Shown: piece by piece, positions 49,145-58,104 of the stretch
How positions within the stretch are numbered: position 1 is the first letter of the stretch
Layout of the letters: each line of letters starts with the position of its first letter
Assembly: GCA_963745035.1 (NCBI GenBank)
Contig: CAVUVW010000014.1
Span: 864,001 to 928,000 of the forward strand
DNA length: 64,000 nt
Reading direction: 5' to 3'
From: an uncultured delta proteobacterium
GTDB taxonomy: Bacteria; Desulfobacterota; Binatia; UBA9968
The notes under the pieces: model-generated
Databases searched by the model: none
What the model saw: only the letters and a program-made list of their open reading frames with translations
What the model was told of the DNA's origin: nothing
Made by a program: the position numbers and the translations under genes

Positions 49145-50143
49145 ATGAAACTTTCACGGCCATTCTGGTTGTTCGTTCCCGCGATTTTTCTTGCAGGGGC
49201 GTTCGTGAGCGGCGTCTGGGCGCAAGACAAAGTTAGGCTTGCGCACAGCGCGTTGGAGAGCAGCAATGCCGTGTGGTACGTGGCGCAGGCGCGCGGTTAC
49301 TATAAGAAGCACGGACTGGACGCCGATTTGCTCTTCATTCCCAGCACGACGACGAGTGTTTCGAGCTTGGTGGCCGGCGATGTGCAAGTGGCCAACGCTT
49401 CGGGCGGAGGCGTGGCGAGCGCGGTGGTTGCCGGAGCGGATCTCGTCATGGTCGCCTGCTATCTCAATTCGCTGCCTTACGAGCTGGTCGTGAATGAAAG
49501 CATCAAATCGGCCGAGGATCTCAAGGGAAAAAGTGTCGGTATAAGCCGGGTCGGCAGCGCCTCGGACGTGGCGGCGCGCGCGTTGATCCGCGGTCTGGGG
49601 ATGGAGCCGGACAAGCAAGTGATGATCATGCAGGTCGGCGGTCCCGCGGAGCGGGCTGCGTCCTTTCGCACCGGCAGGATCGCGGGGTTTCCATCGCCGC
49701 CGGGCATCATCCACCTGACCAAAGGCATACCGCACCGTATCCTAATCAGCACGGCGGACTTTCAGAAGCGTTTCGAATTTCCTTATATCTGCGCGACGAC
49801 GACGAAAAACTATCTGGCGCGCAACAGAGATATCGTGAAAAGAGTGGTGATGGCGCACGTCGAGGCGACGCACTTCTTCAAGAAACAGAAGGAAGAGACC
49901 AAGAAAATCATCTCCAAATACAGCAGAATCACCAATGAAGATTATCTGGAGTCCGCTTACGCCGCGACCGCGAAACTCTACGACATGGTGCCGCTGGTCA
50001 CCCAGCCCGGGGTAGAGGTACAGATCAAGGAAGCCACCAGCCGCAAACCCGGCATGCAGCTGCGCTTTGAGGATATGGTCGACGAAAGCCTGGTGCGCGA
50101 GTTGGAAAAAAGCGGCTTCATCGAAAAGATCTACAAGCAGTGA
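49145..50143 (+). CDS. ABC solute-binding protein (NMT1/SsuA-like)
   Basis: Signal peptide, DLKGKSVGISRVGSASD, VDESLVRELEKSGFI. Confidence 0.9.
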   Translation: MKLSRPFWLFVPAIFLAGAFVSGVWAQDKVRLAHSALESSNAVWYVAQARGYYKKHGLDADLLFIPSTTTSVSSLVAGDVQVANASGGGVASAVVAGADLVMVACYLNSLPYELVVNESIKSAEDLKGKSVGISRVGSASDVAARALIRGLGMEPDKQVMIMQVGGPAERAASFRTGRIAGFPSPPGIIHLTKGIPHRILISTADFQKRFEFPYICATTTKNYLARNRDIVKRVVMAHVEATHFFKKQKEETKKIISKYSRITNEDYLESAYAATAKLYDMVPLVTQPGVEVQIKEATSRKPGMQLRFEDMVDESLVRELEKSGFIEKIYKQ

Positions 50144-50186
50144 CGGGAAAGGATCGCTCTCGTCTCGGCGTGTTTCAAGGCGTGGC

Positions 50187-51194
50187 CTACTTGATCCCCG
50201 CCAAACCTAGGTACTGGAGATCGACAAAGCGCTCGGCGGCGGGAAGCGGCTCCTTGACTGTCCCGGCTTCGCCCATGAAAGCGATCACCTGCGCCAAGCC
50301 TTTAACGTTGATCTCCGCTTGGCGCGGCAACACGTTACGCTCCGGCTCGAAAAATAACTTGAGCGTCTGCTCTGCGATTTCCGGGCTCGAATCGATCGTT
50401 TCAACGATGATCTTGACGACGGTGGGGCGATTGGCCGGATCGCGGATGAACTTGAACGCGCCGCCGAGTGCGCGCACGTAGCGCACAAGAGCATTTTTGT
50501 TCGCCTCTGCCCACGAGCGGCGCACCGCGGTCACCGTGTAAAGAAACTCGGGGACCGCTTCATTGGATATCCCGAGCAGTCGATACCCTTCCTTCAAAGC
50601 TTGCAGGTCGTGCGGCTGGCCGAGCGGCACGGCGTCGCATTCGCCGCGCTTCAAGCAGGCGTAGCGCGCCGGCGTTCCTTCGATCGTCTTGAACCGAAAC
50701 TCTTCTTTGCGCAGCCCGCGCAGAGCGAGCAGCTTACGGATGGAAATCGTGATCGTGCCGGCTTCGTCGGCCAAGCCGATCAGTTTTCCCTTTAGTTCGG
50801 CGATGGTGGCGACGTCCGGCTTGGCAATCAAACTATAAATCGGATTGTTGAATTCGGCGGCGACGGCCACGGCGTCGGCGCCCGCGAGCGCGGCGCGGAT
50901 CAAGAACGGCGTCGCGATGTGCGTCACGTCGGCGCTGCCGTCGTTGAGTGAATCGATCATTCGATCCGCGCCCCCCGGCAGCGGCACGACGACGCGAAAA
51001 TCTAAATTCTCGCGACGAAAGAAGCCGGCGCGGTCGGCGACGGATACCGGCAGTGAAAAAATGCTGCGAAGCGCGGAATAAGTTTGCGCGTAGCGCAGTG
51101 GGGTCGTTTGCGCGGCAAGGGGCTGGACGGCGACAAAAAAGGCCGCGCCGCTAACGACCAGCAGCCAAAATCGCAAGAAAACTTGCGCGCGCAT
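50187..51194 (-). CDS. ABC solute-binding protein (NMT1/SsuA-like)
   Basis: Signal peptide, GFFRRENL, ELKGKLIG, RFVDLQYL. Confidence 0.88.
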   Translation of the reverse strand: MRAQVFLRFWLLVVSGAAFFVAVQPLAAQTTPLRYAQTYSALRSIFSLPVSVADRAGFFRRENLDFRVVVPLPGGADRMIDSLNDGSADVTHIATPFLIRAALAGADAVAVAAEFNNPIYSLIAKPDVATIAELKGKLIGLADEAGTITISIRKLLALRGLRKEEFRFKTIEGTPARYACLKRGECDAVPLGQPHDLQALKEGYRLLGISNEAVPEFLYTVTAVRRSWAEANKNALVRYVRALGGAFKFIRDPANRPTVVKIIVETIDSSPEIAEQTLKLFFEPERNVLPRQAEINVKGLAQVIAFMGEAGTVKEPLPAAERFVDLQYLGLAGIK

Positions 51195-51246
51195 AATTAG
51201 CAGGAGAAGAGTTGCCGCCAGCGCAATATCAGCGCGTCGAAGCCGC

Positions 51247-51654
51247 CTATTTCGCGCCGGTGGGCTGCATCGTGCATTCGATCTCGATCGCGGTGACCGG
51301 TTTCTTCGCGGGCGAAGTGCGGTTGAGTGTCCGGGTTTGCTTATAGCCGTCTTTGCTGCAAGAGATCGAAACTTGGCTTTGCGTAATGCCCTTGCCGAAA
51401 CCTGGTAGCCTGTACACGCCGGTGGCGTCGGTACGCGCGATCACCGAGCCAAGGCCTTTGATGTCCGCCGTTACCTTGGCGTCGCGGATAGCTCTGCCCG
51501 CGGGATCTTTGACGAAACCGAAGATCGATAGCCCATCATGGGTATGGTCGCGTGCCTCCCCAAGCTCGCCGCCCGCCCAGACCCCGGCACAAACGCACAG
51601 GCTGAGACCTACTGCGAAAATCGTGAATGTACCGCGCTTCACTCCGGGTTTCAT
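51247..51654 (-). CDS. Small secreted carboxypeptidase-regulatory-like domain protein
   Basis: Signal peptide; GFVKDPAGRAIRDAKV..ARTDATGVY..SCSKDGY; two Cys in the mature part. Confidence 0.75.
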   Translation of the reverse strand: MKPGVKRGTFTIFAVGLSLCVCAGVWAGGELGEARDHTHDGLSIFGFVKDPAGRAIRDAKVTADIKGLGSVIARTDATGVYRLPGFGKGITQSQVSISCSKDGYKQTRTLNRTSPAKKPVTAIEIECTMQPTGAK

Positions 51655-51898
51655 GCGGATTTCGCTCCTTCTTCTCTCGCGAATTTTGCGCGCCACGCTG
51701 TCGGTCAGCGCAAAGAGCAACCGACTAGAAGATAACCGAAAACAGTTATCACGGCCAGAGGGACATGCTTGAAGACAACCGCCCGCGACATGGTATCGCA
51801 CGACTCGCAACAGATGGGCGGCGCGGCCGGATACGCGCGCATCGCTTCCACACGCCCCATCAAGCTGCTATAGCTGGCGGCGAGCGGGAGAAACCATC

Positions 51899-52870
51899 GT
51901 GAAGCAGACGGTGTCGGCTTTTTTGCTGATAGCTTTTCTGGCTCCGCCGCTGGGTGCGCAGGAGAAAATCAAATTTCCCGTCGGCGTCTCGTCGAAGGTG
52001 CTGGGCTATGGACATCTGTGGGCGGCGTGGCGATTGAAGTACTTCGAGCGCGAAGGGCTCGACGCCGAAGTGGTCGTGATGCGCGGCACTGCTCCGGGCG
52101 TGCAAGCGTTGATCGCCGGATCGATCTCCGCCGGACTGATCGCCAACGACGGTCCCATCACCGCCGTGGAGCAGGGAATGGACCTCGCGATGATCGCGAG
52201 CGGCAGCAAAATCACCCACATGCTGATCGGGGGAAAAAACTACAAGACCTGGGAGGACCTGCGCGGCGCGACCATCGGCTCTTCGACTCTCACTTCCGGC
52301 ACGGCGTTCGTCTTGAGAAGAGCGCTCAAGCTCAAGGGCCTGGAATACCCGCGCGACTACAAGTTGCTCGCCGTCGGCGGCACCGGGCCGTCTTTCGCCG
52401 CCATGAACACGGGGCAGATCGCCGCGGCGATGCAAGCGGTGCCCTATGCCTTTCAGGCGCAGGACGCCGGCTTCAATGTCATTGGCCGCATCGCGGATGT
52501 GCTGCCCAATTATTTGTTGTCGGCCTATTCCATTCGTCGCAGTTGGGCGGAAAAGAATCGACCGCTGGTCGTGCGCTTTCTCAAAGCCGTAGTGCGCGCA
52601 AAAAAGTGGTTCGAGCAGGATAGAAAAGCCGCGGTCGAATTCCTGGCAAAAGAGTTCCAGCTTACGCCGAGCCTCGCCGAAAAGGGCCTCGATTATTATT
52701 TAACTCATCAGGCGTGGCATCCCGAGCTGGACATCGAAATGGACGGGCTCAAAACCGTCGTCGATATTTACGCTGAGCAGAACGGCTTCAAGGGACCGAT
52801 TCCCAATCCGGAGAAGTATGTCGATCAGAGCTACCTCAGACAGGCGCTGAAGGAGCTGGGATTACGATGA
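51899..52870 (+). CDS. ABC solute-binding protein (NMT1/SsuA-like)
   Basis: Signal peptide, YFEREGL, DLRGATIG, KYVDQSYL. Confidence 0.9.
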   Translation: MKQTVSAFLLIAFLAPPLGAQEKIKFPVGVSSKVLGYGHLWAAWRLKYFEREGLDAEVVVMRGTAPGVQALIAGSISAGLIANDGPITAVEQGMDLAMIASGSKITHMLIGGKNYKTWEDLRGATIGSSTLTSGTAFVLRRALKLKGLEYPRDYKLLAVGGTGPSFAAMNTGQIAAAMQAVPYAFQAQDAGFNVIGRIADVLPNYLLSAYSIRRSWAEKNRPLVVRFLKAVVRAKKWFEQDRKAAVEFLAKEFQLTPSLAEKGLDYYLTHQAWHPELDIEMDGLKTVVDIYAEQNGFKGPIPNPEKYVDQSYLRQALKELGLR

Positions 52871-52886
52871 AGTCAGGGAAAAATCT

Positions 52887-53978
52887 ATGAGCGTCAAAGG
52901 TCGAGCGGCAATTTTCGTCGAACCGAGAAAGCCTTTGGTCGTCGACGAGGTCGAGTTTCCCGATCCAGGCGCAGACCAGGTACTGGTGAAATTATTCTCC
53001 AGCGGCGTCTGCCACTCGCAGCTTCACACCATGGGGCGGCCGCCACGGCCGGGCCGGCGTTTGCCGGCGCTTATCGGACATGAATCCACGGGTGTCGTGG
53101 CGGCCAAGGGGAACCATGTGAAACACGTGAAGGAAGGCGATCACGTGATCACCACGTGGGTGGACCGGGATAATGCGACGACGACTCTGCCTCTGGTCGA
53201 TCACACGCTCAACGACCGAGAGCAATATACCGCGCGGTGGAAAGGCCAAGAGGTCTCGCATTCCGCCGCAACTTGGGCGGAATACGCCCTGGCGTCGGAG
53301 CGAGTCGTCTTGCCGATGCCCAACGACCTTCCCACCGATGTGACATCGATCATCGGCTGCGCCGTCATGACCGGAGCCGGCGCGATCATCAATACGTTGA
53401 AAGTTCGAAGCGGCCAGTCGGTGGCTATCTTCGGCGCGGGCGGGATCGGGCTTTGCGCCGTCGCCGCAGCAGCGGCCGTCGACGGCCATCCGATCATCGT
53501 GATCGATGTGAGTGATGACAAGCTCGCGTTCGCGCGCCGGTTCGGCGCAACTCACGTGATCAACGCGAAGTCAGCCGATCCTGTGCAGTCGATCAAGGAC
53601 CTCACCGCCGGCGGCGCCGACTTTGCCATCGATGCCATCGGGCTGCCGCAAACGCAGGAGCAGATTCTTCGCGCGGTGCGCGCGGGCTATTCCGGCATGA
53701 ATCGCGGCGGCACGGCGTTGCTCGTCGGCATTACGCCGCCGGACGCCAAAGCTATCCTTGATACGAGTTTGTTCATCGGCAATCGCTCTTTCACGCGCAC
53801 GAGCGGCGGCGACTGCAAGCCCGACCGAGACTTTCCGATTTTCCTGCGCTGGTTCCGCGAGGGCAAGCTCAAGCTGACCGAGCTGGTTACCCAGCGCTAC
53901 AAGCTGGAGCAGATCAACGCCGCGGTCGATGATTTGGAGCATGGACGGATTCTCGGCCGCGGGATCTTAGTGTTTTAG
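52887..53978 (+). CDS. Zinc-binding dehydrogenase (MDR, class-III/aryl-alcohol-like)
   Basis: GVCHSQ, GHESTG, IGCAVMTGAG, FGAGGIG. Lacks the structural Zn Cys cluster. Confidence 0.9.
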   Translation: MSVKGRAAIFVEPRKPLVVDEVEFPDPGADQVLVKLFSSGVCHSQLHTMGRPPRPGRRLPALIGHESTGVVAAKGNHVKHVKEGDHVITTWVDRDNATTTLPLVDHTLNDREQYTARWKGQEVSHSAATWAEYALASERVVLPMPNDLPTDVTSIIGCAVMTGAGAIINTLKVRSGQSVAIFGAGGIGLCAVAAAAAVDGHPIIVIDVSDDKLAFARRFGATHVINAKSADPVQSIKDLTAGGADFAIDAIGLPQTQEQILRAVRAGYSGMNRGGTALLVGITPPDAKAILDTSLFIGNRSFTRTSGGDCKPDRDFPIFLRWFREGKLKLTELVTQRYKLEQINAAVDDLEHGRILGRGILVF

Positions 53979-54009
53979 TTGAGAGCGCGGAGCTGCATAC
54001 ACGAACCGT

Positions 54010-54245
54010 GTCATTCTGAGCCGAAGGCGAAGAATCTGCTTTTGACTTTTGCTCGCCATGTTCGCGTGACTGAAAAAAGGCAGATCCTTCGTCGTCGGCA
54101 GACTGTGTGAAAACTCTGTCGGAGCCCTTCGACATGGCTCAGGGTGAGCGGATAAATAGCTAATATCCTAAGAAGCGACTCCGCTCGTGGTGGGCGCCGT
54201 CGAACCATGAGCGGAATTCTCAGACAGTCTGGCGCTCAGGATGAC
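54010..54245. repeat. REP-like palindromic element (GTCATTCTGAG...CTCAGGATGAC) interrupted by a nested insertion
   Basis: Left arm GTCATTCTGAGCCGAAGGCGAAGAATCT. Right arm AGATCCTTCG...[insert]...GCTCAGGATGAC. Confidence 0.75.
54100..54230. mobile_element. MITE-like element carrying a second REP-like palindrome
   Basis: Terminal inverted repeats AGACTGTGTGAAAA / TTCTCAGACAGTCT with GGC on both flanks. Inner CCCTTCGACATGGCTCAGGGTGAGCGGA...TCCGCTCGTGGTGGGCGCCGTCGAACC. Confidence 0.55.
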
Positions 54246-54294
54246 TGAGCACTCGTATCCATAACGTGAAAATTCTGGGAGACACTGGCCTATT

Positions 54295-55275
54295 ATGACG
54301 ACAAATACATCGAATGAAGCAACCAACCGACCCGTCGGCAGGGACACGATACGATCGCGCCTGGTTTTGGAAGTCGCATCGGAGATGGTCGATCAGCGGA
54401 GTTGGCCGCATCGTCAGGCGCAGGTAAGCTTGCGGCCACAGGGCGCGGATGGGTGGGCGGTCAATATGATCGCGAGCGACGGGCCGGCGGCGATCGAGCA
54501 AGTTGCTAGCGGCGCGATGCAGCTCGCGATCAGCAATCCGGCGGGTTTTTTGGCGCTTGCGGTGCGGGGCACGGGACCGTTCACGGCGCCGATCCCGCTG
54601 CGCGCAATTACCATCATTCCGTCACCGGATCAGCTTGCTTTCGCCGTGACGGAACAAACGGGACTCAAGTCCTTGCGCGACGTGCGCGAACGGCGCTATC
54701 CGCTGCGCGTTTCTCTGCGCGGACAGAGAGATCACGCGCTTCATCCGGTCGTCAACGAAGTTTTGGCGGCGGCCGGCTTTTCGCTCGATGACATCGTCTC
54801 GTGGGGCGGGCAGGTGCGCTACGACGACGGTCTGCCGCAGAATAAGAATCGTCTCGGAGCGGTGACGCGCGGCGAAGTCGACATGGTGGTCGACGAGGCT
54901 GTGCGCGGTTGGATCAATTCGGCGGCCGGCGACGGGATGCGCGTGCTGCCGCTCGACGACGCGATGCTGAACAAGCTCGAAGCGATTGGCTTGCGCTGCG
55001 CGGTGATTCCGCGCAAGCGCTACCCGAATTTAGCAGCCGATGTTCCTACCCTCGATTTCAGCGGTTTCGCCGTTTACACCCACGCGAACGTGCCGGACGA
55101 AGTGGTCAGCGCCATCTGCGCCGCGCTGGAAGCGCGCAAGGATCGCATCGGCTGGCAGGAGCCCGGCCCGCTGCCGCTCGATCAGATGTGCCAGGACACG
55201 CCGGATGCTCCGCTGGCGATTCCGCTCCATCCAGCGGCGGAAAAGTTTTGGCGGGCGTGCGGGTACCTAGCTTAA
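54295..55275 (+). CDS. TAXI-like solute-binding-fold protein without signal peptide
   Basis: GTGPF...LRAI, GLKSLRDV, VPDEVV..IC.AL, IPLHPAAEKFW. Hydrophilic N-terminus. Confidence 0.8.
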   Translation: MTTNTSNEATNRPVGRDTIRSRLVLEVASEMVDQRSWPHRQAQVSLRPQGADGWAVNMIASDGPAAIEQVASGAMQLAISNPAGFLALAVRGTGPFTAPIPLRAITIIPSPDQLAFAVTEQTGLKSLRDVRERRYPLRVSLRGQRDHALHPVVNEVLAAAGFSLDDIVSWGGQVRYDDGLPQNKNRLGAVTRGEVDMVVDEAVRGWINSAAGDGMRVLPLDDAMLNKLEAIGLRCAVIPRKRYPNLAADVPTLDFSGFAVYTHANVPDEVVSAICAALEARKDRIGWQEPGPLPLDQMCQDTPDAPLAIPLHPAAEKFWRACGYLA

Positions 55276-55306
55276 CGAATCCAAAATTCACCGCGCCAGT
55301 AAAAGC

Positions 55307-55332
55307 GGATCATTCGTCCCCCTCAGGATGAC
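55307..55332. repeat. Right-arm remnant of the same REP-like family
   Basis: GGATCATTCGTCCCCCTCAGGATGAC. Confidence 0.55.
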
Positions 55333-55395
55333 GCCTAGCCGCTTAAGCGATTGCCGGTCAATCTCGCTGATTTGTTTCTTGGAGTTGAGGCGCCT

Positions 55396-56181
55396 TTAGC
55401 TCATCAATCTGCCGCCAGAGACGTTGAGCGACTCGCCGGTGGTGTGCGACGAATCGCTCGAGGCGAGAAACAGCGCGGCTTTGGCGATTTCGTCATGCTT
55501 GGCGTACTTGCGTAGGGGCGTAAGGGCGAGAATTTGCGCTTCATGTGCTTCGACAGTCATACCTAAATTCTTTGCGCGCGCGGCGTACATCTCCCGAAGA
55601 TCCGGCTCGTCCATGCCGCCCGGGCAAATTACATTGGCGCGAATGCCATGCGGCCCATATTCTTTGGCGATGGTTTGAGTCAGACCGGTGACTCCCCACT
55701 TTGCGGCGCACAGCGAGCCGCGCATCGCCATGCCTTCACGGCCGGCGGTGCCGGAGATGCTGACGATGCTGCCGCTCTTTTGCTTGACCATCTGCTTGAG
55801 AACCGCGCGGCAGCACAGAAAAACCAACTTTAAATTGTAGAGAATCACGTCGTCGAATTCTTTTTCGCTGATGTCGGTGACCGCCACCAACGGGCCGCGA
55901 AAGCCCGCGCTGTTGACCAGCACGTCGATCTTGCCGAAACGGCGTACGGTGTCGTCGACCAGCGCGTTCACCTGGCGATCGTCGCTGCAGTCGGCGGCTA
56001 CGGCGATCGCCGTACCGCCTTGCTGCGCGATCGTCTGCACGACACCTTCGAGCTGCGGCTTCATTTTTTCCAAGTCCACCAGAACCAGGCTCGCGCCCTC
56101 TGTAGAAAAAGCGCGCGCGATCGCCGCGCCGATGCCGCGCGCGCTGCCGACAATGATCGCGACTTGACCGTCCAATTTCAC
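55396..56181 (-). CDS. SDR family oxidoreductase with non-canonical active site
   Basis: IVGSARGIG, DVLVNSAG, GIRANVICPG. YxxxK is replaced by LCAAK. Confidence 0.88.
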   Translation of the reverse strand: MKLDGQVAIIVGSARGIGAAIARAFSTEGASLVLVDLEKMKPQLEGVVQTIAQQGGTAIAVAADCSDDRQVNALVDDTVRRFGKIDVLVNSAGFRGPLVAVTDISEKEFDDVILYNLKLVFLCCRAVLKQMVKQKSGSIVSISGTAGREGMAMRGSLCAAKWGVTGLTQTIAKEYGPHGIRANVICPGGMDEPDLREMYAARAKNLGMTVEAHEAQILALTPLRKYAKHDEIAKAALFLASSDSSHTTGESLNVSGGRLMS

Positions 56182-56192
56182 GCTTGTTTCTC

Positions 56193-57161
56193 TTAGCCGA
56201 GCGCCTTGGAATATTTTTCGCGCAGCTTGGCGTAGCGTTGGCCGCCTTCGGTGGCTGCCTTGCGGAAGTCCTCGGGCATGACGTTGTAAGGCGGGCGGAT
56301 CGGGCCGGTTTTGCAGTAGCCGGACGCCGCCATCAAGACTTTTTCGAGCTGAATGTTGTATGAAGCGAAAACCTCCTGGGACCCGGTGATCGCGTGGTGC
56401 GGCTCGTTGGCCCAGGCGATGTCGTCGGCTACTGCTTTCGCTTGCGCGCCGTCGCGCCCCGCCAGGGCCTTCATCAAAGCCACCGCGACCTGCGGCCCGA
56501 CGGACGGAATCCAGCAGGTGGTCTGGGTCTCGGGCGAGATCTGCGCGAATTCGTAAGCGAGGCCGATGGGCGGGACGAAATTCACTTTGCCTCGGGTGAC
56601 CTCCACGACTTTTTTCAAGATCGCCTTGGTGGAGAATTTCGCCGACATCACCGTCGGCGCTCTGTCTACGACCGGTCCCCAGAAATCGGCGTCGAAGGCG
56701 AAACGGAACGCGCGCGCGTTGGCGTACACCATGATCGGAAAATCCGGAAAGGTTTGCGCCACGTCGGCGTAAAACTTGACGGCCATGTCCACCGTCGCCG
56801 GCTGCCACATGGGAATTCCGAGCAGCGTGCCCGTGGCGCCGAGTTCTTTGACGAACTTGATGCGCCGGGCGATCTCGTGACCGCCGAGCGCGGTGGCGCC
56901 GACAAACGTCGGGATGCGGCCGCGGACGGTTTTCAGCAGGCAATCCACATAAGCTTCGTAGTCGTTCTGGCTAGTGGTGGCGCACTCGCCCATGGTGCCG
57001 AGCGCCATGATGCCGGTGGCGCCGTCGCGCACCAAACTCTCGGCGAGCCGCGCGGTTTCGTCGAGATCGACGGTGTCGGTGGCGTCGAGCCGGTCGGCTC
57101 CCTCTTTTGCCGGCGTCGGCATGATCGCCAACGCGCCTTTGAGATCTTGAGCAGTCAGCAT
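56193..57161 (-). CDS. DHDPS/NAL-family hydratase-aldolase, NahE/PhdJ-like
   Basis: IMPTP...TVDLDETAR, GTMGECAT, GTLLGIPMW, VYANARAFRFAF, SAKF Schiff-base Lys, RPPY. Confidence 0.85.
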   Translation of the reverse strand: MLTAQDLKGALAIMPTPAKEGADRLDATDTVDLDETARLAESLVRDGATGIMALGTMGECATTSQNDYEAYVDCLLKTVRGRIPTFVGATALGGHEIARRIKFVKELGATGTLLGIPMWQPATVDMAVKFYADVAQTFPDFPIMVYANARAFRFAFDADFWGPVVDRAPTVMSAKFSTKAILKKVVEVTRGKVNFVPPIGLAYEFAQISPETQTTCWIPSVGPQVAVALMKALAGRDGAQAKAVADDIAWANEPHHAITGSQEVFASYNIQLEKVLMAASGYCKTGPIRPPYNVMPEDFRKAATEGGQRYAKLREKYSKALG

Positions 57162-57254
57162 AAAAGCCTCCTCAGAATTGCTGAGCCGGAAAAAATATCA
57201 GCGGCAACTGCTGCCTGTGTAACACGTCCGCTCCGCCGGTGGCAATAACGCGCG

Positions 57255-57950
57255 TCAAAGTTTGACCGCGATTCTTCCGGTCAGCAGAATGCCTTTCGGC
57301 GTCACCTTGGCGACATACGGCAGCAGCTCGACGCCGGCCTTGACGGCGCGGCGCAGCCAACGGCCGTACTCCGGGTCGATCTCGTCGGCGGGGCGAAAGT
57401 GATCGCAATCGCCGCGCTGGACTACGAAGACGACGGCGGCGCGATGGCCGCGGCGTTTGAGGCGGATCAATTCCTTTAAATGCTTGGTGGCGCGCTCGCT
57501 CACCGCGTCGGGAAAAGCAGCGGCGCCGCCGAAGGAAACCGTGACGTTCTTCACTTCGACGTAGCAACAGCCGTCGTTGCCCTCCAAACAGAGATCGAGC
57601 CGGCTACGGGCGCTGACCTTCACTTCACGCCGAATGACTTGATAACCGCATAATTCGGGAATCGCGCCGGCTTCGACAGCTTCCGCCACGAGACGGTTTG
57701 GATGAAATGTGTTGATGCCGATCCAGGTGCGTTTGATCTGAATCATTTCCCAGGTGTACGCGAGCTTGCGTCCCTTGTTTGGACTCAGCGAGAGATAGAC
57801 GACGCTGCCCGGCTCGTTGCAGCCGAGCATGCTGCCGGTGTTGGTGCAGTGGGCGGTAACCATTTCGCCGTTAGGAAGGCGCACATCGGCGAGAAAGCGC
57901 TTGTAGCGGCGCACGAGGGTGCCGCGGATGAGCCGGGAGGGAAAAAGCAT
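57255..57950 (-). CDS. sfsA: DNA/RNA nuclease SfsA
   Basis: RRYKRFLADV, AHCTNTGSMLG, RKLAYTWE, YVEVKNVT, FPDAVSERATKHL. Confidence 0.95.
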   Translation of the reverse strand: MLFPSRLIRGTLVRRYKRFLADVRLPNGEMVTAHCTNTGSMLGCNEPGSVVYLSLSPNKGRKLAYTWEMIQIKRTWIGINTFHPNRLVAEAVEAGAIPELCGYQVIRREVKVSARSRLDLCLEGNDGCCYVEVKNVTVSFGGAAAFPDAVSERATKHLKELIRLKRRGHRAAVVFVVQRGDCDHFRPADEIDPEYGRWLRRAVKAGVELLPYVAKVTPKGILLTGRIAVKL

Positions 57951-58104
57951 GGGCTTGGTTATAGCGGAAGAGCCGGCGAATCCCAATAAACAAGACGCAA
58001 GTTTTCTCGCTGCGCTTCGAAAAATGACAATTGGGGGACGGCTTTCTTGAACTGGCGGAAGCGCTTTGTTAGCTTCGGGAGACCAATTCAACCGGAAGAA
58101 CTTC

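Noticed and set aside
56182-56943. Apparent 254-aa N-terminal extension of the SDR (515-aa ORF)
   Set aside because: It is an alternate frame over the aldolase gene. SDR homology starts at GTG 56181.
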